64,000 bases of DNA from Balanoglossus misakiensis (lineage: Eukaryota > Animalia > Hemichordata), in the NCBI GenBank assembly GCA_040954595.2, contig CM082597.2, positions 8,959,778-9,023,777 on the forward strand, given 5' to 3'. A program made the translations under genes and the position numbers. Positions 49,251-62,258 of this stretch are shown one piece after another. Numbering within the stretch: the first letter of the stretch is position 1; every line of letters starts with the position of its first letter. Under the pieces are notes generated by a model. That model was not told where the DNA came from. It was given only the letters and a program-made list of their open reading frames with translations, and did no database searches.

Positions 49251-52200
49251 AGAGCTACTATGACTGGTTACTAACTTCTATATCTATTTGATTCACAGAT
49301 GCTGCCTGAAATTGTCTGCATTTCAACTCGGGATTCTCTTCCTCGTCTGGGGCGAGTTTAAGACCGCTCAATGGTAAGCATGACTTGCTGTATATTTGCT
49401 TTTATCGGGCGTGGCACAACCGAAACAATAGGAAACAATGTATGTCTACGAACTAATTTACACCTTCCAGTTATCAATACTTTTTTCCTTCGAATTCTAG
49501 CCTCGATTGCCTGTGATATGATCGTGATGACATGAATTAAATGGTCAAGTTCAAATCTTCATGTGAAGCATAAATTAAATTTGGATGCATTTCCTTAACC
49601 ATATAGCTAGAAATTACTCCCATACCAATACACGGGGAGATACCGTAATTTTGGCTGAAAGTGTGCTAGTCCAACACTATGCTTCATCAAACTGGCTAAG
49701 AGATCTATTATTATATATAGACACATGAAGGAAAGTAATGTTGTTTATAGTGAAATAAAACAATACCTTAGGCCACAAAGAAAAATATAGATCACGACAC
49801 AAACAGGCTGGAGTTTTTTTCAAAAATGTGTGCATAAGATCATATTGGCCCATGGTAATCAAAGCCAAAGCAGCCCAGTTCCAAATTCGAAACTCAGCTC
49901 AGTACCAGAAACTTGCTCAAAGCTACCAAATGCACAGAAAGTTTTGAGAATCTAGATGAAAAATCACCAAGCGACTAGTGCGCTTGTCTATGTTCAATGT
50001 GTCTTCCCTGGTAACAACATGTACTTCTGCCACCATGCCATGAGATATACTGACAGCCACGTTTGAAACATTTTAGTATACTGATATTCAAAGTTTAAAT
50101 GTAAAGGCTTACTTTTCTATAGTAAAATAAATGTTTTATAATTGCCAACAATTTACATTCTTGCGCTAATCAGTTGTATGAAAAGTGAGGTGGATCAAAT
50201 GTAAGTTTCATTTTCACAACAAACATTAAGAAATCATTGTACAGTGTTACGTAGATGTCAAAGTGTGTGTACACCTGTCGTTTACAGATATGATGTCAGT
50301 TTCACTTGTCACCTAACTGCCATGTTTGTGGTATACCCATGTGGACCACTTTACTGCAGTACTGATGTAAATGGAGTTTCAAGATCGCTGTTACAGATTT
50401 CTCTGATTCGTATTCCACGTACATTATCGCAGCACAGTCTGACCCTATATTATACCATGTTTTGCATATTTTCACTAATTAGTATGGCCCAAATAATTCT
50501 AAAGCAAGGTTGATTGGTTACTAATTGATAAGCATATATTTGATTCACAGTCTTAAACACAGCATTTCAACGTATGCCGGAGGAGGAAGAGAATACCTAG
50601 GCCTGATCCAAGACCGCTTTCCGGTAAGCACAACTTGCTGTATACATGCTCCATAGCTTGTTTGTAAAGGCTACCTTTTCCCATCAAATAGTGAAGTCGC
50701 CCTTTCAAAATTATGGTGGTGGTAAGCCACAACTGGTTATCATGGAGAGCCCCATATAAACTTACCAGCCCACGCTAGCCATGACTTTACAAATGTTTCC
50801 GTCATACTATGCAGAAAATTCTGGCTGCCTTAAATAGGTTTTCACTTTGCGCTAGGGGGTCAAATCACATTGCATTCTGGGCGAAAAGTCTACAACCCAC
50901 TGTAGTAAGAGGTGGAAGAAATGATACATTTTGTGTATTTCATGCTTTGGTCAAACATGTCTGTCTCCGTAGTTAGCATATTAAACTCATTAAATGTTTT
51001 TCACATTTTGTTATTTTGTCTGTTATGACCCATTATCACTTTAGCTTTAGCTTAGGCTCCATTCACAAACACCTCTGGATGGGGGGGGAGAATTCAATTT
51101 TTTTACTGCTAATTTTCACATGCCCCCCCCCTGTACACAACCCGAAATATTTTCAAATCCCCCACCCCCTTCTGAACTGCCAAAATTTTAAAATCCCCCC
51201 CCCCCATTTTCTTTCACAGAGCAAAACACATCACTTATCTATCTTGTAAAAAAGAAAAACAGCGCTCCCATGAAAAGACTTTGAAACTGATGTTTCCCCT
51301 CATCAGTGGGTATTAAAACTGAACATGGTTTTTATTTTTTAAGTATTTGTATTCTACGTTGGGAGACATTGTAAACCGGGAATTGAAGGGGGTGGGTGTG
51401 GGAAGGGGTGTCCCCCTCCCACGTAAGAAAATTTTATAAAATACAGAGCTCAAAGCTGCATTTTTATGAACCCGGCAAAAGCAAATTAACTCAACTACCA
51501 GTATGTTGGGGAGGATAAATTTAACCGTCGCCGCTCAAAGTTATCATGGGGTGGGGGCAAGTCCCCTGACATGGGACACTAGATAAACCAGTTAATGATT
51601 GAAAGGTGTTGATGAATGGAGGGGGGTGGGTGTGGGAGGGGGTGTAAAATAAAGGGCGCGAAACTGCATTTTTGTGGACTCAAAATAAATATTTAGTCGT
51701 CAAAGTTTTCAAGTCCCCCCTTTCAGTCCCTAAATTATTTCAAATCCCCCCTTACATACCTTCAATTTTTTCAAATCCCCCCCCCGCTCAATTCTCCTGC
51801 CCCCCCCCCCCCCCCTCTCCAGAGGTGTTTGTGAATGCAGCCTTATGAACTCCCATTTCTTTAACATGGCAAAAATCGGCCATCAATTGTCGACCATATG
51901 AGATTTTCATCACTCACTTAGGGTAGCTTAAGGGAGAATTGTATAGGCATGACTTGGGCTGTAAATTTGATGAAATAGCTACATGCCTATTGTTAACAAG
52001 CAGCTGACTGTACTGAAAGAATGGAAGTGTTGTGTACCTATTTTACATATTCAATATTTGTAATTAGACCATGTCATGTATATCTTGGGGATTGCTCGAT
52101 CGCAATGTCTCTGCTGGTACAATGTCCTTTTAACTTGTACAGTAATATGGTAGTGATTGTAAGTTTGTGTACGGCATTTGTAAGTTATTTTCAATTTATA

Positions 52201-54830
52201 ATTTTTTTGTAAGTTTCTTCATTCTCAAATTGCTTGCCTAACGTACTGCTTTAAAATTTAAATTTTGGTATGATTTTGAGTAGACTTTTTGTTTCAAAAT
52301 TATTTTCGACACTTGACATTTTTGGGTGATATGATTTTACATGGAAAATCTGATTTCCCTGTAATTCGGTTGACAGGATTTTCACAATATCTCTAAATCA
52401 TGAAGTACATGTATCAGAATTGCATCAGGCCCCCAAAATTCTAGTCGCCCTTGGCAAGTAATATTAGCCATTGTTGTCCAAGGACGTTGAAGGTACAATT
52501 GGTTTTTAAACTTACTATGTAGGCATTTTATCAGAATTATTAGGTCCCATTTGGTGCAGGTATATGTATTTATACCATGGGACCTTATGGGATCAGTTGC
52601 ACCTGTATATATGGATGTCTGTATGGATGTTTGTCTGTATGTCTATCAATATCAAACACTTGGAAACCACTGGCATGTGACCTTGATATTTAGTGTGGAG
52701 ATGCAGGCAGGGCATTAAGTGGGAGTTGTCAAAATGAAGTTGTCATTGCCAAAATATGCAAATTAGCTGGGAAAGTGTCAAATTCGTCCAAACTCGGGAA
52801 CTCGACAACTACTGAGCAAATTGCTTTCAAAATTGAAAATTGGTATTCCTGTAAGTTATGTTAACCTCACACAGTTCTATATGTTGTGAGCTAATGTGAA
52901 TTTTCGATTTTTTATGTATTTTTTGTCTCTTTCCACATTATCGGTAGAAAATCTGCTTTTCTGGAATTGATCAGCTGACTTATTTGAAATTTAGTATGAA
53001 GCTTCATAGGTGATCTGAGTTATCATAGTTTTGTAAGGTCCCATTTGCTTTACCATGGGACCTTATGATATCGGTGGATGTATGTATGTATGTCTGTATG
53101 TCCGTCCACATCACAAACTTGAAAACCGCTGGGCATATGACCTCGATATTTGGTGTGTAGATGCAGGCCAGGCTGAAGATTGGAGTTTGTTCAAATGAAG
53201 CTGTCATTGCCAAAAATATGCAAATTAGCTAGGAAAATGTGAAATTGGTCAAAACTCAAACTCAACAACCACTGGTCACATTCATTTGAAAATCAGTATG
53301 CATGTACCTTATGTCTACCTCAAACAGTCCTGTATGTTTTGAGCTAATATTATCGATTTTTAATTTTTTATGCCAAAAATCTTTTATGCATTTTTTGTAT
53401 TATTCCACATTATTGGTAAAGAAATCATCATTTCTTAAAGTTATAGGCCTCATTCTTTGAATTTTAGTATGAAGCTTCTAATGGTTGTCTGAGTAACCAA
53501 AGTTTTGTTCAAATTGTTGAAAAATTTGCATATTTTAATTTTGAGCAATTTTTGCCACTTTTGGTCATTTTTTTTTCTTTAAAACTGCATGCCAGATTGA
53601 TTTGGTAGGCATATTCCTAAGGGTAAACTGAGTAAGATGTTGTAAAAATGTTTTAGTATATATTGTGTTATTGGGGAAGGGGGGGGGGGGGTTACTCAAA
53701 CATTTATAACACCCAGCAACTTTTGGTACTGGCAGGGTTTGTCCTCCAATGATTTCAACATCCTGCTAGGAATACAACCTCTCCTCAACTTTATAAATAT
53801 AGGGCATGACATTGCAGGTTTTTTGAGAACACTGTTTAAAATAACCCTCATCAAGCCTGTTAACTTATTTAGACAGACTATTATCCAGAATGAAACGAAA
53901 CATGGATGCAATAAAAAGATCTTGTGCAATAAAAACCAAGTTGATCATAACAATTATTTGCTAAGTACAACATGTACATCACTAATAGAAGTTATGGCTA
54001 TAAGCATAAACCTGTTTGTTTTGCTATCTTCACTATTCATATTTTCTGACTATATTAATACATTTGCAAGCATACTGTTTCAGACATAGCGAATTTGATA
54101 AACATCTACAAATATATTTTTACCTGTTGAAGTTATCAAAATCCAGACACTTGACAAAAGGACATTGTTCATCCCCTCTATAGATTGATAGTCTAACATA
54201 GCAGGCAATCTGTTTTTAACAACTGCAGAAGCCTTCATAAAAAGTTGTTGGCCAGAATGAAAGCTTAGGGGGACGTAGGATTTCCTACTTTTTAGGTTAT
54301 TTTTTCTATGGCCCCAAAAAGCTATGACAAAAAATTGATGACCCCCTTGGAATTTATAATTCCCCCCCCCCCTATCATACCCTGTCCATATTCTTATAAA
54401 TGTCAATAAATGCCATACAGTCCTGTATGTTTTGTTTTGAGCTAATATTATGAATTTTCTATTTTTATTGTTTTGTCTTTTACTGCATTATTGGTAAAGA
54501 AAAATCTTCCTTTCTGAAAGCCATAGTTTTTGTTCAAATTGCAAATTGTTGTGAAATTGGTATATTTATAATTTTGAGCAATTTTGTAATTTTTGCTCAG
54601 AATGCAGATTCCTAGGGGGGTAACCCAAGTAAGGTGTTGTAAAAGAATTGTTTAAAAAATAAAAATATATTTGTAGATGGTTATCAAATTCGCTGTGTCT
54701 GAAAGCGCTTGTCAGATTGCTTTGAACTTTGACAGGAATGTTCCTTGTAGTGATTTAAGTAAGATGGTGTACAATTATAGTGATTTTTGCATATTTGTGT
54801 TTTTGCCACTTTTGAACAAATGTAGTTTTG
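49251..54830 (+). repeat. Segmental duplication copy 2
   Basis: Colinear with 42766-46640. It lacks the 43131 MITE and ~225 bp (44014-44240), and has extra sequence at 49822-50437, 51055-51842 and ~53690-54410. Confidence 0.88.
51055..51842. mobile_element. PIF/Harbinger-like non-autonomous element, TTA TSD
   Basis: TTA|GGCTCCATTCACAAACACCTCTGGA ... TCCAGAGGTGTTTGTGAATGCAGCC|TTA; empty site TTTAGC-TTA-TGAACTCC at 44536-44552. Confidence 0.93.
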
Positions 54831-55128
54831 TTTAACCCCCATCTTACCCTATCCATATTCAAATAAATATGAAAAGAAATTTCTCACAGATATTATTTAC
54901 TTTGATAATACTATCATTTGTGCAACAACTAATCAATCAAACAGTCAATAATCATAAATTGGGAGTTCAAAAATATCTATAAGGGAGATTTAAAACCCCG
55001 TTAGCAACAACTGTTTGCCATGTTTTCAGTATTAATGTTTTGTGTAGCTTCTGCAGTTTTTAGGTCCCATATGGTATGTACCATGGGCCTCATGGAATCA
55101 GTTGCGTCTGTATTTATGTATGGATGTA

Positions 55129-55326
55129 CTGTATTTTCGCGAGTTAAATTTTTCGCGATATCGAGAGAGGCCACTGTTTCGCGAGTATTAATTTTCGCGT
55201 TCTCTTATTTCATTCACTGCATCGTTATCTTCAAAAACAATTTACGCGACTTTTTATTTTCACGTTATTTTGGCTCTCGCGTATTTGGCGAAAATTAATT
55301 GCTCGCGAAAATAAAGTGTTTAACAG
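55129..55326. mobile_element. Tc1/mariner-type MITE in the HINE microsatellite
   Basis: TA|CTGTATTTTCGCGAG ... CTCGCGAAAATAAAGTGTTTAACAG|TA; repeated TTTCGCG motifs. Confidence 0.8.
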
Positions 55327-57022
55327 TATGTCTGTCTGTTTGTATGGATGTATGTCTGTATGTCCGTCCACATCTAAAACTTGAAAACCGTTGTGCATAT
55401 CACCTCGATATTTGGTGTGCAGATGCAGGCTGGGCTGTAGATTGGAGTTTGTTAACATGAAAATGTCATTACCAAATATATGCAAATTAGCTGGAAAATG
55501 TGAAATTGGTCAAAACTCGCAAAATTCAACAACTGCTGGTCAGATTGATTTGGAAATTGGTATGCAAGTACCTTATGCCTACCTCATACAGTCCTGTATG
55601 TTTTGAGCTAATTTTGATTTTCTATTTTTGATGCATTTGTTTGTATTTTTCAACATTATTGGTAAAAAATCTTCATATGAATCTAAAATTACCGTCGAAT
55701 CATCCAGTGTGAGTTAGCACTGTAATTAGCAAAAGTTATAAGTCCACAGTTACCCAGCAAATTTGATATAATGCTTCACATATGTATTGGTTTTGAACAT
55801 CCTTCAGAAAGGGTATGAATATTTTAAAATTTTTACTGTTGCAACCCAGACTAGTTTATTTCTGAATAAACAGAGAAATGACAACCGGATAGATTATTCT
55901 TCTGTACTAAAGACATATGCAGACACAAGAAATAGTCTGAACATTTTCAGTACATTACTAAAACAGTGTAGGTACATTGTACTATAAACTGAGGAAGATT
56001 AGTGACTATTGTTTGCCAAAAATGGTCCCAAGTCATTTCTCAAGCATAGCAGAATAGTAGCTTTGAGTAGCAAAGTGTGATGATTTAAAATGTAAAAAGA
56101 CAACACCAATCTCTAGCTCTGCTCTCAGCACTGCAAAAGTTATCTGACAGGTAGATAGATGTTCAGTCATCCTATGTCTGTCAACATTTTTCTTTTCTGA
56201 AATCACTGGCGCAAGTGCTTTTAAAATTGGTGTGCAGGTTTCTTGGGGTGGCGAAGTAATGTGTATTCAAATTGTGTTGAATTCTGCATATTTGTAGTTT
56301 GGAACAAGTTTTTTGCTGTTTTGGAAGAAAAAAGCTAAGCTCGTAGATTACTTTGACTATGCAGGTTTCTAGGTATGACACAAGTTGTTTCTTCAAAATA
56401 TGGTGAAATTTGCATATTTGGGGGGAAATTTTCTCTGAAATTTAGTATTGATCTCCCTGAGGTATGTGACATAATCTGTAATTTTGTATTTTGGAGACAG
56501 TTGCCTTTTTGTACAAACAAAAAATCTTGTCAGAATATGCATGTCTGATTGCCATGTCCACAGGGGTGATCTACTTTTATTTACATTATAACCGAATCTG
56601 TAAAGTTTTCATAATGATCTTTAAAATAGGTACGTCTAATTGTTTTGATCTTTGGTATGAATTGTCCCTTGGTGATCTTAGTCAATGCTTTTGAAATTCC
56701 GCTGAATATTGCATTATTATTTTGTCTGAGTCTGAAGAGTAGTCATCATCTCTGAAACCCCTTGACCTAAGTCAGGTGTCAAATAGTACAATTTGCAGAT
56801 TTGTTGCATTGGAGATATTGTTGCAGTTTTTGAAATTCAAGATGGCTGCCAATGTCTGTGTTAACTCTATGGAAAAACATTTATGTAAATACTTTTCTGA
56901 AAACAAGGCGGTGAACATCACATTTTTGTTTACAAACAGTAATAGAAATAGCTATCATTGTTTCTGAAAATCCTAACTTGTAGGATTCTTTTTCAATCTC
57001 TGGCATCAGCAGAGACAATTAA

Positions 57023-57755
57023 GGTGGCATTGCATGAAAAGTTGTGATTTTTGCCAAATTTTACTTTTTTACATAAATCGGTAGGCCTAATACTCACCCA
57101 CATCCTGACTAATACGTCTTGGCGGAAATGGTGCACAATCACCCCCAAATAGCACTTTTCTGAATGAGTTCACAGCTTAACAAATAGGTGTCAACAATGC
57201 AAATGGCCGTTTTTCTCGGTTTGCATTTTCGCTGCTTTTGACAACTTCGGACTAAAATAGCTTCGCCCTGCATTGGCCGAATTTGCTCAAATTTTGACAG
57301 GGAATTGTGTATGACCCATCCAACAAAACGCTAGTTTTGTATGTCGATAAAGTGTCTCTGGCGGGAATAAACTCTGATTCAATACAACTCACCGTGAATT
57401 TGATCAAATTTTCAGAAAATCTAACTTTCAAACGCTGTTACTCCTCAATGGAAGCAGATAACGCAAAACAAAATTAGCGTTTTTTTGCACGTGTACTTTA
57501 GTTTCGAATGACATATTAAGATGCATGATGCATGGTCAACTTTTTTACCTATTTTAAATTTCATGACATAATATCAAAAAATGGGTTTTTTCGCCCAAAA
57601 TCGCCACCATTTCCGGGGATCAATAATATTTGCAACTCAAACAAAAGTTCAAAATCTCAGCTTCCAGAATATATATGGTTTATGGGGGTTTAAACTTTGT
57701 CTTTGATGAGAAATAGGCCTCTGAAAAAGTCTCGACGGTTTCATGCAGTGCCACC
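57023..57755. mobile_element. Non-autonomous Kolobok-like DNA transposon
   Basis: TTAA|GGTGGCATTGCATGAAA ... TTTCATGCAGTGCCACC|TTAA (16/17 TIR match). Confidence 0.92.
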
Positions 57756-58533
57756 TTAAACAACTCTATAAAAAGTCTTATTGCTTAGTACTGGCACGAG
57801 GTGGTAAAAAGATGTGCAGCTTTTGACTTATTACAGGCTTACACTTTGTTAGTAATATGAGTCCCTATTGGTATTGTGCTGGGTTTTTAGGAGCTTGGGC
57901 CCCATTCCCTGGATATTTTTTACACCTTGCTCTGAAAACCTGCCACACCTATGCTTCTTGAATTTGTCACAGTTGTCCTTGCCAATGAGTGTGCACCTTG
58001 AAATTCAAATCAGTCATTTGACCTGGCAGCCATATTCAGTTGAAATTGTTAAATAAATGCAAATTAGCTGGGAAAATTTGAAATTGGTCAAAACCACTGG
58101 TCAGATTGATTTGACAATTGGTATGCAAGTACCTTATGTCAACCACATACAGTCCTGTATTTTGAATAGTTTGAATGTTCTATTTTTATGCATTTTTTGC
58201 CTTTTTCCTCATTTTTGGTAAAACATCTACTTTTCTAAAATTGATGAGACGACTTCTTTGAAATTTAGTATGAAGCTTCATATAGGTGATATGAGTTAGC
58301 ATACTTTGTTAAAATGTTGCAAAATTTGCATATTCATAATTTTGGAGCAATTTCGGCCGTTTTTGAATTTTTTTTTTAAACCGGTTGTTACATTGCTTTG
58401 AAATTTGTTAGTCATATTAGGGGTAGCCCAAGTAAGATTTGCATGTATGTTTTTCAAATCAACTTGATGAATTGAATAGTATATTTTTGGGATGATTTTT
58501 GCCATTTTTGGTCAAAACTCTTCTCAGAACCCC

Positions 58534-59158
58534 CCACAGTACGTGAAATATCCCATGAATCACTCTGGTTTGTACAACCAGAGATTACTCGGTCAAACCA
58601 GGCAAAGTTCACATGTGTAGAGAAAATTGTAGACCACTAATACAAATTTTGAGAGCATGCTTTAAAGGCGAATCTTATTGTCAATTACCATTTCAAATGA
58701 TAAACAAAATCATGCATTATTGAAAGAGGAGATACAAATTTTATAAAATAAGCAATTGCATAGCCAGCCGATACAAAAAAGTTTGAAGTAAAACAGGGAC
58801 ACTTGAAACACTTGTTTAATCAAACAAAACGATATTGATTTTTTTCTATAGACAGAACAATGGAAATTTACATGTTAACTTTCAACAGAGACTGGCCACC
58901 TCAGTTAGTCATTGCTTCTTTCCTCCTAAGTGTGACATTTGACGTACATGAATGAATACTTTGATTTCTATGGCTTTTAAATCTTGATTTTGAAATTTTC
59001 ACTCTAATTCCTCAACATACTTTTTCTAGATAAATCTTAATACAGTTATATGTACTTCATATCATTGTTAGTATCTAAAACAGAAAGTAATTAAATGGAC
59101 AATCTCGATGATACAAATCATGGAGAGTTGTGGGTAAAATATCGTACTGTGCCCCCTT
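58534..59158. mobile_element. Degenerate TIR element (Kolobok-like?)
   Basis: CACAGTACG...CCC at the left versus GGGTAAAATATCGTACTGTGCCCCCTTTA at the right; interrupts HINE core repeats; TSD not intact. Confidence 0.4.
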
Positions 59159-59585
59159 TACCCCCACTGCTTTGAAATTTGATTTGAAGGTTTCAGGGTT
59201 TGTTCTCATGATAATTTACAGATTGATTTGACAATTGGTATGCAAGTACCTTATGTCAACCACATACAATCCTGTATTTTTTTAACTAATAGTTTGAATG
59301 TTCTATTTTATGCATTTTTTGCCTTTTTCCTCATTTGTGGTAAAAAATTTTAGTATGAAGCTTCATGTAGGTGATATGAGTTACAATACTTTTGTTGAAA
59401 TGTTGCAAAATTTGCATATTGATAATTTTGGAGCAATTTCAGCCTTGTTTAATTAATTTTTTTTCTCTAAAACCGCTTGTTCCATTGCTTTAAAATTTGT
59501 TAGTCATGTTAGGGGTAGCTCAAGTAAGATTTGCATGTATGTTTTTCAAATCAACTTGATGAATTGAATAGTATATTTTTGGGGG

Positions 59586-59882
59586 ATCAAATCAAATCAA
59601 ATCAAAACAAACATTTATAAAGCGCCAGAATCAATAACAATGTTATTTTCAAAGGCGCTGAAAGTATAACATCAGTGTTCGTAGGCTTTGACAAATAGAA
59701 GTGTCTTGAGTTTTTGTTTGAAAATGTTGAGACTAGAAGCCTGTTGAATGTCAGATGGCAGAGAATTCCAAAGTTGTGGCGCGACAAGGGAAAAGGCACA
59801 TCCACCATATGTTTTGAGTCTGTACTTTGGTACACACAACTGGTTCCTTGAGCTGGAGCGCAGAGCCCGACTAGGCTTATAT
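59586..59882 (-). mobile_element. L2-clade LINE 3' fragment
   Basis: YKPSRALRSS...TYGGCAFSLVAPQLWNSLP..IQQASSLNIFKQKLKTLLF; GGCGCTTTATAAATG end and a (GATTT)n tail. Confidence 0.92.
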
Positions 59883-60669
59883 GATTTTTGATTTGATTTG
59901 GTTTCAGGGTGATTTCTCATGATGATTTACAAAACCTATGACTGATTACTTTGAAATTTGAGTAGGAAGTTAATTGGATGTGTTTGTTTAGATAATGGAA
60001 TCAAATAAAGTTATTCATTCTTCACCTTCATTCTTCACCTCATTTCATTTATTGGCTGGTTTGTCTATTGTATCAGGGAAGAGTACTTGCCATCCCACCC
60101 CACCGATGCAAACTTTGAGTGGCAAAAGTAAAATTTGTCGTAACATTGAGTTAATTTGCTTTTGGGCTCACTAAAATGCAACTTTGAGCTCTGTATTTGT
60201 ACAAAATTTTCATTAATTGGCTGGTTTGTCTATTGTACCAGGCCAGCATACATAAGATCAAGATGTTTTCGGGGCTGGGGGGGGGGGGGCATCATATTTT
60301 ATTGCCTCTCTATGTGTGTGTCTGTCTGTCTGTACTCCTGTGTAGACTTTTTCTAGTGTAATCACTAAATGAGACCACAGTGTCCTTGACGCTATTTTTT
60401 GCGATTTTCAATGACCCTGGGGTAACCTTTGACCAGCTTTCATATATCTTGGTATTCACAGCAGAATACAGCCTTGGCATACCCTGGTAACCATGGGAAC
60501 CGTTTGGGCCCAACCAATGGTGCTGGCAGCGTTAATTTTTAAATGATTTCTTCTTGTCGTTTTCTTTATCAATATGATGACTTGACCTAATCAGATTATT
60601 AAAATAATTTCATTCTTTTTTTACATTAGGTTCTTTGGTAACACTGCTGCTGGAGGGAGTGTAATATTT

Positions 60670-61278
60670 GTAACGACGTCGCCACCTAATACTGTACTGG
60701 AGGTATGAACTTAAACTTGTAACGACGCCGCCACCTAATACTGTACTGGAGAGATGAAGTTAATACTTGTAACGACGCCGCCACCTAATACTGTACTGGA
60801 GAGATGAAGTTAATACTTGTAACGACGCCGCCACCTAATACTGTACTGGAGAGATGAAGTTAATACTTGTAACGACGCCGCCACCTAATACTGTACTGGA
60901 GAGATGAAGTTAATACTTGTAACGACGCCGCCACCTAATACTGTACTGGAGAGATGAAGTTAATACTTGTAACGACGCCGCCACCTAATACTGTACTGGA
61001 GAGATGAAGTTAATACTTGTAACGACGCCGCCACCTAATACTGTACTGGAGAGATGAAGTTAATACTTGTAACGACGCCGCCACCTAATACTGTACTGGA
61101 GAGATGAAGTTAATACTTGTAACGACGCCGCCACCTAATACTGTACTGGAGGGATGAACTTAAACTTGTAACGACGCCGCCACCTAATACTGTACTGGAG
61201 AGATGAAGTTAATACTTGTAACGACGCCGCCACCTAATACTGTACTGGAGAGATGAACTTAATACTTGTAACGACGCC
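60670..61278. repeat. 50-bp minisatellite, ~12 near-identical copies
   Basis: Unit GTAACGACGCCGCCACCTAATACTGTACTGGAGAGATGAAGTTAATACTT, head-to-tail with no spacers. Confidence 0.97.
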
Positions 61279-61464
61279 AGATGATGCTCCTGTGACCAGA
61301 GGGATGAACGACGCCATGATTTGTTGATCTGATCTAATTAATAATATTCATTCTTTTTTTTCAATAGGTTCATTGGTATTATCATCGCCGGAGGGAGTCT
61401 AATCAATATCTACAACAACGCCGCACCAGATAACAATATCAAAACCAGAGGGATGCTGTCAATA

Positions 61465-61640
61465 GGTTAGGCTAATAAAAATGGTTTAATCTGAGGGAAT
61501 GGTAAAGGGTTGGTGTATGAATATGTTAGGGTAATAAAAAATGGTATAATCTAACGGAATGGTGAAGGGTTGGTGTATAAACAGGTTAGGCTAATAAAAA
61601 TGGTATAATCTAATGAAATGGTGAAGGGTTGGTGTATGAT
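61465..61640. repeat. ~60-bp minisatellite, 3 copies, decaying into AT-rich degenerate repeats to ~62030
   Basis: GTTAGG.TAATAAAAATGGTATAATCT...GAATGGT.AAGGGTTGGTGTAT occurs three times. Confidence 0.85.
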
Positions 61641-62061
61641 GACTAATAAGACATTGTGCACAAGGGTACTATAATAAAACTGTCTGCAAGGGTATAATAT
61701 TATGGTTTCAAGGGTATGATAAGTAATTAAAATACTATAAAAACATGAGTAATGCCACGTGGTAAATAAAAACTGTACATGTACAGAGGGTAAATACCGG
61801 TATAATATATAAAGGTGTTAACATCAATGGTGTAATAATAAAAAAAATGGGTAACACATGGTTTTGGTGGTATAATAATAATAAAATGGTATTAACTTGA
61901 TGGTATAAACATTATGGGATGTGTATAAACGGTGTTAATATTACAAAGGTATAATGATTAGTTGGGGTGTAATAATAAGAAATTTAAAATCATTGGATAA
62001 TTTATTAGTGTCAGGTTGGGTAAAATAATTGTTGCTATGCATTCGTGTAATAATTGTCTGC

Positions 62062-62258
62062 GGATTTTTTGCAGCGTTACCCGCGTTCGCGTTCTTCATT
62101 GCAGGTCGCTCGTCATGTAATGGAATTTCGCCGTGTGCCCGTTTGATTCGCCGATGGATTTTTTACAACGTTACCCGCGTTCGCGTTCTTCATCGCAGTT
62201 GGATCGTCGTGTAATGGAATTTCGCCGTGTGCCCGTTTGATTCGCCGATGGATTTTTT
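62062..62258. repeat. 94-bp CpG-rich tandem duplication
   Basis: GTTACCCGCGTTCGCGTTCTTCAT at 62076 and 62170. Confidence 0.9.

Larger units (their letters stand above)
55060..60398 (+). mobile_element. Mosaic of HINE-like core repeats with nested insertions; candidate 3' end at 60368-60398
   Basis: Head TTTAGGTCCCATATGG...ATGGGCCTCA at 55060; core repeats at 55360-55680, 56180-56760, 58050-58520 and 59170-59585; end ATGAGACC followed by hairpin AGTGTC-ctt-GACGCT and TTTT. Confidence 0.55.

Noticed and set aside
49524-49600. C/D snoRNA in the micro-exon intron (GTGATGA)
   Set aside because: No CTGA D box or terminal stem, and the motif is altered in copy 1.
58021-58040. TWQP as a UBE2J1 catalytic exon
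   Set aside because: The context (HLTWQPYS) does not match HPETWQPSW, and it lies downstream of the terminal exon.
59883-59900. Inverted L2 tail (twin priming)
   Set aside because: TTTTGATTTG...GGTTTCAGGGT also occurs in the host repeat at ~59177, so it is mostly host sequence.
60670-61278. CRISPR-like array
   Set aside because: Units are head-to-tail with no unique spacers and no cas genes, in a eukaryotic context.
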